40,000 bases of DNA from Halosimplex marinum. Lineage in GTDB: Archaea > Halobacteriota > Halobacteria > Halobacteriales > Haloarculaceae. The stretch is taken from NCBI RefSeq assembly GCF_051414075.1, contig NZ_JBLKNY010000007.1:12706-52705 (forward strand). Reading direction: 5' to 3'. The notes under the pieces are model-generated. The model ran no database searches. It had not been told where the DNA came from and saw only the letters and a list, made by a program, of their open reading frames with translations. Position numbers and translations under genes: made by a program. Positions 8,437 through 16,240 of the stretch are shown here, piece by piece; within the stretch, counting starts at the first letter, position 1; each line of letters begins with the position of its first letter.

Positions 8437-9981
8437 TCAGTCCTCGATCTCGGCGGCGGGCGCGTTGCGTTTGACGCTCTCGATACCGTCGCGGGCGCCG
8501 CTACGGTCGCTGTAGCCCTCGCCGCTGTCCATCAGGATGTTGCCGTTGCGGTGCCGGAGTCGCCAGCGGTGCTCGCCGCCGGCGTCCTCGTAGATCTCGA
8601 AGGCCGCCCGCCCGATGTCGAGGGCGTCCGCCTCGGGCGCGTATTCGCGGACGCGGTCGACCGCCGCTTCCGCCTCGTCGCGGGCGCTGTAACCCTCGCC
8701 GCTGTCGGCGAGGATCTCCCCGTTGCCGCTCAGGAGCCGCCAGCGGTACTCGCCGGCGTTGTCCTCGTAGACCTCGAACTCCAGGTCGTCGACGCGCTCG
8801 CGGACCCGGTCGACCGCCCTGTTGGCGTCGTTGCGACGGGTGTAGCCCTCGCCGCCGTCCGCGAGGATCTCGCCGTTGCGGTGGACGAGCCGCCAGCGCC
8901 ACTCGTCGGCCTCGTCGCGGTAGACCTCGAACCCGGCGGGGTCGAACCAGAGGTAGTCGGCCGGCCCGACGTACGACTGGACGCGGTCGACGGCCCGCCG
9001 GGCGTTGCTCCGCGAGGCGTAGCCCTCGCCGCCGTCGCCGAGAACGTTCCCGTTGTCGTGGCGGAGCCGCCAGCGGTACTCGCCGGCGCTGTCCTCGTAG
9101 ACCTCGATCGTCCCCTGGCTCTCCAGTTCCTCGACGGGTTCGAACTCGGCGTCCTCGTCGGGGATCTCCGCCTCTCGCTCGAACAGCAGCGTCGTCGCGC
9201 CGAGGGCGTTGCGGCGGACGCTCGCCATCCCCTTCTGGGCGTTGTGTTTGCGGGTGTAGCCCTGACCGCCGTCGGCGACGACGTTGCCGTTGCGGTGGCG
9301 GAGCCGCCAGCGCCACTTCCCGCCGGCGTCCTCGTACAGTTCGAACCGGGCACGGCTCTCGTGGAGCGCGTCGAGTGTCGTCTGGAGGTCCGCCGACTCG
9401 CTCTCGCTCGCGGCCGTCTCGTCCCGGGCCTCCTCCAGTTCCGCGGCCAGCCGGTCGCGCTCCCCCTCGACCTCTGCGAGTTCAGCCTCCAGTTCCGCGT
9501 TCCGGCTCTCGCTCGCCGCCAGGTCCTCCCGCGTCACTCCGGCGATCAGCGGGGCGATGACGCCGACCAGGGTGATGATCCCCAGGCCGACCGCGTACAG
9601 GACGATGACCGGCTGGCTCCCGGTCTGGACGCTCCAGTCCGCCGGGAACACGACCACGAACCAGGCCGCCGCGACGAAACAGACGGCCTGTCCGAGATAC
9701 GCCGCGTAGTTGGCCCACGGCTGGAGCGGCAGCCTGATCACGGGCCCCGCGACCAGCATCGCGAGCCCGACGGCCGCGACGAAGATGCTCAGTTCCCGGA
9801 GGGTGAGCCCCGAAGTCCCGACCGCCGACGAACTCGGCAGGAACAGGACGACCCCCAGCGTCCCCAGCACCAGCCCCGTCAGGAACACCCAGTACCCCCG
9901 AACCTCGTCGCGTGTCGTCGGCTCCCCGACTCGGTCCCGATACACGCCGTACAGCAGCCCGTCGTTTGTCTCGGATGCCAT
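8437..9981 (-). CDS. Membrane-anchored protein with coiled coil and five tandem YegP/DUF1508 (UPF0339, HVO_2922-like) modules
   Basis: aa 28-148 form about 4 TM helices and aa 150-210 an acidic coiled coil (ELEAELAEVEGERDRLAAELEEARDE). Five modules of the form FE[LV]YED.AGE.RWRL.H.NG..[LV].D.GEGY..R..A...[VI].[RS]V follow, starting at aa 213, 292, 351, 402 and 461. Confidence 0.85.
   Translation of the reverse strand: MASETNDGLLYGVYRDRVGEPTTRDEVRGYWVFLTGLVLGTLGVVLFLPSSSAVGTSGLTLRELSIFVAAVGLAMLVAGPVIRLPLQPWANYAAYLGQAVCFVAAAWFVVVFPADWSVQTGSQPVIVLYAVGLGIITLVGVIAPLIAGVTREDLAASESRNAELEAELAEVEGERDRLAAELEEARDETAASESESADLQTTLDALHESRARFELYEDAGGKWRWRLRHRNGNVVADGGQGYTRKHNAQKGMASVRRNALGATTLLFEREAEIPDEDAEFEPVEELESQGTIEVYEDSAGEYRWRLRHDNGNVLGDGGEGYASRSNARRAVDRVQSYVGPADYLWFDPAGFEVYRDEADEWRWRLVHRNGEILADGGEGYTRRNDANRAVDRVRERVDDLEFEVYEDNAGEYRWRLLSGNGEILADSGEGYSARDEAEAAVDRVREYAPEADALDIGRAAFEIYEDAGGEHRWRLRHRNGNILMDSGEGYSDRSGARDGIESVKRNAPAAEIED
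8464..9345 (-). repeat. Five in-frame degenerate coding repeats (YegP/DUF1508 modules, 51-79 codon spacing)
   Basis: The recurrent DNA and protein pattern (ctcgtagacctcga... / cgccagcg.ta/cactc...) is seen five times in the translated ORF. Confidence 0.8.
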
Positions 9982-10232
9982 GTCTCAATCCTGATATTAC
10001 TTCCCAGGTACTTAAAATCAGTTGGCGGTCAATGATCACGATGCCCATCCAAACGGCCCGATTCGCCCGTTATCTCGTAGTTCTCCTGTTCCGCCGGCGG
10101 ACCGGGTTTCGGTAGCGGCCAAAATTGGCTGTCCGTTGGCGGCCGGTAGTAACCGTTCGCGTGGTCGCCGGTGTTCCAGGGAGTGCCCGGATTCGATATC
10201 GCGGATAGCGATATACGAACCTGGTTCGCGCC

Positions 10233-11447
10233 TCAGTCGGCGGTGCCGGGGGAACGGGTCTCGGCGTCGACACCGCGCTCCTCGGGCGTGAGGTAACACT
10301 GCGGGTCCGGACCGAAGGGGCCGTCGCCGTCGGACAGCGCCCGCAGGCGGGAAGCGCCGCGACAGATGTCCTGGTACTGGCAGTCGGCGCAGCGGCCGGT
10401 GAGGTGCTCCTCCCGCTCGCGAAGTGCGCCCAGCAGCGGGTTCGAGTCGTCGGTCCAGATGTCCCCGAACGGGCGGTCGCGGACGTTGCCCAGCGAGTAG
10501 CCCTGCCAGAACTGCGTGAGGTGGACGTTGCCCTGGTAGTCCACGTCGGCGATCCGCTCGCCCGTCGGGTCGCCGCCGTTCTCCAGGAGGTATCCGTGGA
10601 TCCGGTCGGCCGTCGCCTCGTCCAGTTCCCGGCGGGCGTACTCGACGAGGTAGCCCGCGTCGGCGTAGTTGCCGACCAGTAGCGTCTCGATCTCGTGGCC
10701 CCTGTCGTGGTACTCGCGGGTCAGCTCGCAGACCCGCCGGACCGCCGCCCGGCGCTCGTCGGGGGTCAGGTCCACGTCCTGAATCTCGGCCCCCCGGCCG
10801 CCGTAGTCGAGGTGATAGAAGCAGAAGCGGTCGACGCCGCGGTCGGCCAGCAGATCCACCACGTCTTCGAGGTCGTCGGCGTTGTGGCGGGTGATCGTGT
10901 AGCGGAGTCCGGTCTTCAGCCCCGCCGACTGGGAGGCCGCGATGCCCTCCAGCGCGCGGTCGAACGCGCCCTCCCGGCCGCGGAAGGCGTCGTTGCGCTC
11001 GGGCATCCCGTCGACGGAGACGCCGACGTACTTGAGTCCCGCGTCGCGGAGCGCCGCCGCCCGATCCTCGGTCAGCAGCGTCCCGTTGGTCGAGAGGACG
11101 GGGCGGAGGCCCGCATCGCTGGCGTGACCGACCAGTTCGACGAGGTCCTCGCGAGCCAGCGGCTCGCCCCCCGAGAAGAGGACGACGGGCGCGCCGAACT
11201 CGGCGAGCTCGTCGAGGAACTGCTTGCCCTCCGCAGTGGTCATCTCGCCGGGAGCGGGTTCCGTCTCGGCGGCGGCGTAGCAGTGGTCGCAGTAGAGGTT
11301 GCACTGCTTCGTGCAGTTCCAGACGACGACCGGCCGGCGCTGTTTGCGCTCGCGGATCTGTTCTTTCTCGGACTCGTCGGCGGCGTCGTATCGGAGCCCG
11401 TCCCCCTCCGCGTCGAGGTCACAGAGGAGCTTGCTGACCGAGATCAC
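10233..11447 (-). CDS. Radical SAM / SPASM-domain enzyme (NirJ/AhbC-like clade)
   Basis: GTG start at 11447. The CxxxCxxC motif is CNLYCDHC (11280..11303). GGEPL is present, and the C-terminal SPASM-type cluster is GRCADCQYQDICRGASR...DPQCYL. Confidence 0.85.
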   Translation of the reverse strand: MISVSKLLCDLDAEGDGLRYDAADESEKEQIRERKQRRPVVVWNCTKQCNLYCDHCYAAAETEPAPGEMTTAEGKQFLDELAEFGAPVVLFSGGEPLAREDLVELVGHASDAGLRPVLSTNGTLLTEDRAAALRDAGLKYVGVSVDGMPERNDAFRGREGAFDRALEGIAASQSAGLKTGLRYTITRHNADDLEDVVDLLADRGVDRFCFYHLDYGGRGAEIQDVDLTPDERRAAVRRVCELTREYHDRGHEIETLLVGNYADAGYLVEYARRELDEATADRIHGYLLENGGDPTGERIADVDYQGNVHLTQFWQGYSLGNVRDRPFGDIWTDDSNPLLGALREREEHLTGRCADCQYQDICRGASRLRALSDGDGPFGPDPQCYLTPEERGVDAETRSPGTAD

Positions 11448-11845
11448 GCGTCCTCACCCCCGGCGGCGGTCGATCCGGCCGCCTCGGTTTCCTCGGTCGG
11501 GTCGCCGGTCGCGTCGTCGCTCGCCCGGTCGGAGAGCGCGACGCCGTCGGCGGCGAACCGACGGGTCTCGTCGGCGGGGCAGAGCCACAGCGTCTCGGCG
11601 GACCAGCCGAACAGCCGTGCGGCCTGTTCGCGGGCGATCTCGGCCGAGGGGGCGCTGACGCTGCCGGCGTGGGTCAGCGGATCGCCGGACTCCTCGCGGA
11701 CGAACAGCTCCCACTCCCGGGTCACGTCGCCGCGCGGCGCGTCGACCGTCGCGTCGAGGGCGCCGTCACCTCCCTCGCGGTCGGGGTCGGGATCGACATC
11801 GGGGTCGGACATATCGGACGGGACGGACTCGCTATTCATACCCAC
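11444..11845 (-). CDS. Small acidic rSAM-partnered protein with PaaB-like core (Htur_1727-like family, from memory)
   Basis: 133 aa. The core REWELFVREESGDPLTHAGSVSAPSAEIAREQAARLFGWSAETLWLCPADE is flanked by Asp/Glu/Pro/Thr-rich tails. The stop overlaps the rSAM GTG (GTGA at 11444..11447). Third-position GC is high. Confidence 0.75.
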   Translation of the reverse strand: MGMNSESVPSDMSDPDVDPDPDREGGDGALDATVDAPRGDVTREWELFVREESGDPLTHAGSVSAPSAEIAREQAARLFGWSAETLWLCPADETRRFAADGVALSDRASDDATGDPTEETEAAGSTAAGGEDA

Positions 11846-12005
11846 TGCACCGGATTTTCAGTCACTGGGAACGCGGCCGCCCGCTTAGGTAGTGCAGTCC
11901 GAACTCCACGGCGATGACCGCGATCCGAACGGGACCGCTGGCGGACGACAGGGTGCTGGACCGACGCCGAGGGGGCCCCGAGCGGGCGCCCCGGAGGTGG
12001 CGCTG

Positions 12006-13142
12006 ATGCGGCCGCCGGTCGACACCGCCGAGCGCCCGCTCGTGCTCATCTGGGAGGTCACCCGGGCCTGCGAACTGACCTGCGACCACTGCCGGGCCGA
12101 CGCCCGGCCCGCCCGCCACCCCGACGAGCTCTCGACGGCCGAGGGCAAGCGCCTGCTCGACCAGACCGCCGACTTCGGTGACCGCCAGCTGGTCGTCCTC
12201 TCGGGCGGCGACCCGATGAAACGGCCGGACCTGGTGGAACTGGTCGACTACGGGACCGACCAGGGACTCACGGTCTCGCTGACGCCCAGCGGGACCGACG
12301 AACTCGACGCCGGCTCGATCGGCGACCTGGCCGACGCCGGGCTCAAGCGGATGGCACTGAGCGTGGACGGCGCGACGCCCGAGCGCCACGACGCCTTCCG
12401 CGGCGAACCGGGGAGCTTCGAGGCGACGATGCGGGCCGCGAGACAGGCCCAGCAGGCGGGGATCCCGCTGCAGATCAACACCTCGGTCTGCGCCGACACC
12501 GTCGAGGATCTGCCGGCGATCCGCGACGTGGTGGCCGACCTCGGCGCGGTGCTGTGGAGCGTGTTCTTCCTCGTGCCCGTCGGTCGCGGGCAGGTGTTAG
12601 ACCCCATCGCACCCGACCGGGCCGAGCGGGTCATGGAGTGGCTGGCCGAGGTGGCCGACGAGGCGCCGTTCGGCCTGAAGACGACGGAGGCGCCCCACTA
12701 CCGGCGGGTCCGCCGGCAGGCGGCCGCCGAGTCGGAGGGGGCCTCGGCGGGGGCAGGCGGCGACGACGCCCCGACCGCCGACGAGAACCGGCGGGCGAGC
12801 GTCCTCGCGGGCGACGGCTTCGCGTTCGTGAGCCACACCGGCGAGGTGTACCCCTCGGGGTTCCTGCCGAAGTCGGCGGGCACGGTCCCCGAGGACCACG
12901 TCGCCGAGGTGTACCGCGAGTCGGACCTGTTCACGGCCCTGCGGGACCGCGACGAACTGCGCGGGAAGTGCGGCGCCTGTCCCTTCAGGGAGGTCTGCGG
13001 CGGGAGCCGGTCGCGGGCGTACGCCCACACCGGCGACCCGCTGGCGAGCGACCCGCTCTGCGGGTACGTCCCGCCGGGCTACGACGGCCCGCTCCCCTGG
13101 GAGGACGCGAGCGAGGCGGTCCGGGCGGAGGGCCGACCCTGA
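12006..13142 (+). CDS. Radical SAM / SPASM-domain enzyme (AhbD/NirJ-like; TIGR04053-like from memory)
   Basis: MRPPVDTAERPLVLIWEVTRACELTCDHCRA (CxxxCxxC at 12069..12092), then LSGGDP, then the SPASM region GKCGACPFREVCGGSRSRAY...DPLCGY. Start chosen at ATG 12006; the tracked ORF begins at 11892. Confidence 0.85.
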   Translation: MRPPVDTAERPLVLIWEVTRACELTCDHCRADARPARHPDELSTAEGKRLLDQTADFGDRQLVVLSGGDPMKRPDLVELVDYGTDQGLTVSLTPSGTDELDAGSIGDLADAGLKRMALSVDGATPERHDAFRGEPGSFEATMRAARQAQQAGIPLQINTSVCADTVEDLPAIRDVVADLGAVLWSVFFLVPVGRGQVLDPIAPDRAERVMEWLAEVADEAPFGLKTTEAPHYRRVRRQAAAESEGASAGAGGDDAPTADENRRASVLAGDGFAFVSHTGEVYPSGFLPKSAGTVPEDHVAEVYRESDLFTALRDRDELRGKCGACPFREVCGGSRSRAYAHTGDPLASDPLCGYVPPGYDGPLPWEDASEAVRAEGRP

Positions 13143-13271
13143 GTGGCCGGAGCACCCGCCGGCTCGTCGGACGACCGCTCGGATATGTCCGGATCGTGTG
13201 ACGTGTCCGAGGCGTCCGGAGCGGACGCTCTCGGCGGGTCGCGCCCGTTCGCGGCGGCCGTGTGTCGGTGC

Positions 13272-13280
13272 GATTATAAC
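13272..13280 (+). promoter_or_regulatory. TATA box candidate for the HTH regulator gene (near-leaderless)
   Basis: gattataac is centred about 30 nt upstream of ATG 13307, in otherwise GC-rich DNA. Confidence 0.4.
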
Positions 13281-13306
13281 GGTCGTCGGGTAAGTGGCCG
13301 CTAGCA

Positions 13307-13684
13307 ATGGTCCGTGACCCGTTCGCGGACGACGAGGCGCCGGACCTCCAGGAGGTGCTCGACGCGCTCGACGACCCCGACTGCCGGGCCATCGTCACCG
13401 CCCTGGAGGAACCGATGACCGCCAGCGAGATCTCCGAGGCCAGCGACATCCCCCTCTCGACGACCTACCGGAAGCTCGACCGCCTGGAGGAGGCCCAGCT
13501 GCTGTTCGAGGGCACCGAGATCCGCCCCGACGGCCAGCACGCCAGCATCTACGAGGTCGACTTCGAGGAAGTCGTCATCGCTTTGACCGAGGAGCGCGAG
13601 TTCGAAACCGAGATCGCCCGTCGGCCACGGACGCCGGACCAGCGCCTCGAATCGCTCTGGTCGGAGGTGCGCAAGGAAACATGA
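13307..13684 (+). CDS. ArsR-like winged-helix transcription regulator
   Basis: LDALDDPDCRAIVTALEEPMTASEISEASDIPLSTTYRKLDRLEEAQLL is an HTH_20/ArsR-type motif. Confidence 0.8.
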   Translation: MVRDPFADDEAPDLQEVLDALDDPDCRAIVTALEEPMTASEISEASDIPLSTTYRKLDRLEEAQLLFEGTEIRPDGQHASIYEVDFEEVVIALTEEREFETEIARRPRTPDQRLESLWSEVRKET

Positions 13685-14022
13685 GCCCACACGCTACACC
13701 CGGAACCGTCGTGCTCGTCGCGTTGAAGACCATCACGCTCATCCTCGGCGGGATGATCACCTACTTCTCCTACAAGGCCTACCGCCGGAGCGGCGCCCGG
13801 CCGCTGTGGTATCTCGCGGTCGGGTTCGGGATCGTCACGGCCGGAACCTTGCTTGCGGGCGCTATCGACCAGGCGATACGCTTCTCGCTGTTCGGCGTCA
13901 ACGTCCCCTTCTTCGGCGGGAACGTCGACAACCAGACCGTCGCCGACTTCGCCCTCGCCATCGAGAGCGCCCTGACCGCGACCGGCTTCGCCGTCATCGT
14001 CTACTCGCTGTACTCGGAGTAG
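13681..14022 (+). CDS. Small integral membrane protein, translationally coupled to the HTH regulator
   Basis: ATGA overlap at 13681..13684. 113 aa with about 3-4 hydrophobic helices (VVLVALKTITLILGGMITYF, LWYLAVGFGIVTAGTLLAGAI, ALTATGFAVIVYSLY). Confidence 0.7.
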   Translation: MSPHATPGTVVLVALKTITLILGGMITYFSYKAYRRSGARPLWYLAVGFGIVTAGTLLAGAIDQAIRFSLFGVNVPFFGGNVDNQTVADFALAIESALTATGFAVIVYSLYSE

Positions 14023-14316
14023 GGCCCTCGGCCCCCCGACTCCCGGACCTGCGACCGTCCCCTTCCTCTCGCGACAGGCGCTCGTCGCCGCTCGTCGGTA
14101 GTTCGTGACCTCGCTATCGAATGGCGAGACGTCACGACACCTGACCGAACCACAGATCCGCTCGTCGGTTCTCCCACCCACAACGGTTCGCGAGCCGACG
14201 ATACATTGTATGTCGCTATATCGAACGTCGGTGGTGAAGTTCCAGGGTGCCTTCGTGCCGCGAGCGTCCCCGGTCGGCTTTCCGCGTGGCGGTCGTCTGC
14301 ATCGCGTGCCGTGACC

Positions 14317-14676
14317 TCAACACGGGTCGATACTGTCGCCGGCCACGCGATGCGCACCCGTGACCGACACGCGGTACGTCGCCGTCGCGGCCGCGTCGGC
14401 GTGCAGCGTCTCGTCGCCGAGGGGCTGTGTGTAGGCATACGGGACACGAACGGAGACCTCCAGCCCGGTGATACTCAGTCCCGTGACCGACGCCTCCCTC
14501 GTCGCCGTCCCCTCGTCGACCCCCCAGTCGGAGAGACACGAGGCGTCGCCGAGGCGGTCGGTGACGTGGGCCCGTTCGGCAGCGAGCGCGCGCTGCTGGG
14601 CGAGCGATACCGCGGCCAGGGCTCCGAGGACGAGGACAACGACAGCGACGGCCACACGGGCCCGGCGGGAAACCAT
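14317..14676 (-). CDS. Hypothetical secreted/anchored protein
   Basis: Signal/anchor segment MVSRRARVAVAVVVLVLGALAAVSLA, and high third-position GC when read by hand. No family recognised. Confidence 0.5.
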   Translation of the reverse strand: MVSRRARVAVAVVVLVLGALAAVSLAQQRALAAERAHVTDRLGDASCLSDWGVDEGTATREASVTGLSITGLEVSVRVPYAYTQPLGDETLHADAAATATYRVSVTGAHRVAGDSIDPC

Positions 14677-14891
14677 GTCGCCCGGGGCAATTCCCGGCTG
14701 GATTGAATCCTTTGTGGGCCCCTGCCGGACGGCAGCGCCTCGACCGGCACCGGCGCGGCCGGTTCGACCGAGTGCAACAGTCTACACAGCCCTGCGGCGA
14801 CGAACGCGCAGTCCTCCACAGTCGAGCGGCCAGTCCGGAGCCGTCGACCCGCGGCATTTTTGTACGATAGCTGGAATTACCTCCCCATGGA

Positions 14892-15503
14892 GTGTTGGAT
14901 GCGATGTCACTAGCCGAGATACGGCGACCGACGAGTCGGCGCGAACGGTACCGCTTCATGGCCCTGGCCGCGTCGAAACCGTTCGCGGTCGGGGCGGTCC
15001 TCGTCCCGCTGTTGCTGCCCGTGGTGGGATATCTCTCGGGCGACGTCCGGGTCATGTTCACCGTCCACCTGTTCCTGGGCGCCTTCTGGTTCGGGACCGC
15101 GGTCCTCGGTGCGGTCGTCCTCGGCCCAGTCATGGGCAGCCTCTCCGAGCAAGCGAACGTCGAGTTCGCCGAGGGGTTCGTCCCGAGGATGAACCTGCTC
15201 ATGGAACCGGTTTCGGTCGGCGTCGTCGGCTCCGGGATCGGCCTCGCCGGGATGATGGGCCTGTGGGACTCACCGACCCCGTCGCTGTGGGCGGCACTGG
15301 GGCTCGCCGTCGCGCTGCTCGTCCTCGGGTTCGGGCCGCTGCACAAGTTCACCGCAGGGATGTTCGACGAGATCGCCGCCGAGGACACCGACCACGAGCG
15401 ACTCGCCGAACTCAACAAGAAGTACGGCATGCTGAGCATGGTCGAACTGCTGCTCATGGTCGCCATCGTCGCGACCATGTCCGGTCTGCGCTGGGGGTTC
15501 TGA
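14892..15503 (+). CDS. Hypothetical integral membrane protein
   Basis: About 5 hydrophobic segments. GTG at 14892, with an ATG alternative at 14904. A T-rich patch, gcatttttgtac, lies about 30-40 nt upstream. Confidence 0.6.
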   Translation: MLDAMSLAEIRRPTSRRERYRFMALAASKPFAVGAVLVPLLLPVVGYLSGDVRVMFTVHLFLGAFWFGTAVLGAVVLGPVMGSLSEQANVEFAEGFVPRMNLLMEPVSVGVVGSGIGLAGMMGLWDSPTPSLWAALGLAVALLVLGFGPLHKFTAGMFDEIAAEDTDHERLAELNKKYGMLSMVELLLMVAIVATMSGLRWGF

Positions 15504-15601
15504 CGCGGCGGCCCCGACGGGGCTCGACCGGGCTACCGAACGGTGAGTTCGCCACGGCAGAGTGGGGCGGCTATATGGTTCCCACGTCCGAACCGATCCC
15601 C

Positions 15602-16240
15602 ATGCGCGTACTACTGCTCGGAGCGAGCGGACGGATCGGACGGCGCGTCGCGTCGGAACTGCTCGACCGCGGCCACGAGGTCACGGGCGTCTCGCGCAAC
15701 GGGACGGTCGACGGGGTCGACGACCCGTCGTTCGTCGCCGTGTCGGGCGACGCGAGCGACCCGGACGCCGTGGCCCGGCTGGCGACCGGCCACGACGCCG
15801 TCGCCAGCGCGCTCGGCCCGGGCGACGACGAGGACCCGGCCGTACTCGTGGAGATGATGGAGGCGACCGTCGAGGGGCTGCGGCGGGCGTCGGTCGACCG
15901 CCTCGTCTGGACGGGCGGCGCCGGCGGCCTGTCGGTCGGGCCGGACACCCGCCTCGTCGAGACCGACGACTTCCCCGACGAGTGGGAGCCCCTCGCCCGC
16001 GCGGCCATCGACGCCTACGAGGTCCTGGCGGAGGCCGACGACCTGGCGTGGACGTACCTCGCGCCGGCCGCGCTGATCGAACCCGGCGAGCGGACCGGGG
16101 AGTACCGCACCGCCGAGGGCGAACTCGTCGCGGACGACGAGGGCGACAGCTACATCTCGATGGAGGACTTCGCGGTCGCGCTGGCGGACGTGCTCGAATC
16201 GGGCGAGGCGGTCCACACCTACCTCGGCACGGGGTACTAG
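15602..16240 (+). CDS. NAD(P)H-binding (NmrA/atypical SDR-like) protein
   Basis: MRVLLLGASGRIGRRVASELLDRGHEVTGVSR is a Rossmann GxxGxxG motif. Alternative ATG at 15575. It lies in the frame of tracked ORF 14468..16240. Confidence 0.8.
   Translation: MRVLLLGASGRIGRRVASELLDRGHEVTGVSRNGTVDGVDDPSFVAVSGDASDPDAVARLATGHDAVASALGPGDDEDPAVLVEMMEATVEGLRRASVDRLVWTGGAGGLSVGPDTRLVETDDFPDEWEPLARAAIDAYEVLAEADDLAWTYLAPAALIEPGERTGEYRTAEGELVADDEGDSYISMEDFAVALADVLESGEAVHTYLGTGY

Noticed and set aside
10193-10228. Two small hairpins (tcgatatcgc-ggata-gcgatatacga; cgaacc-t-ggttcg) just downstream of the rSAM gene stop; considered as a terminator.
   Set aside because: The stems are short or imperfect and are not followed by an oligo-T tract on the transcribed strand, which is the usual archaeal termination signal. 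This is too weak to call.
10233-11447. Considered calling this gene a 'pseudo-rSAM' (TIGR04347-type), since that family name is associated from memory with similar haloarchaeal clusters.
   Set aside because: The canonical CxxxCxxC (CNLYCDHC) is intact, so from sequence it looks like a functional radical SAM enzyme. The family assignment needs an HMM search.
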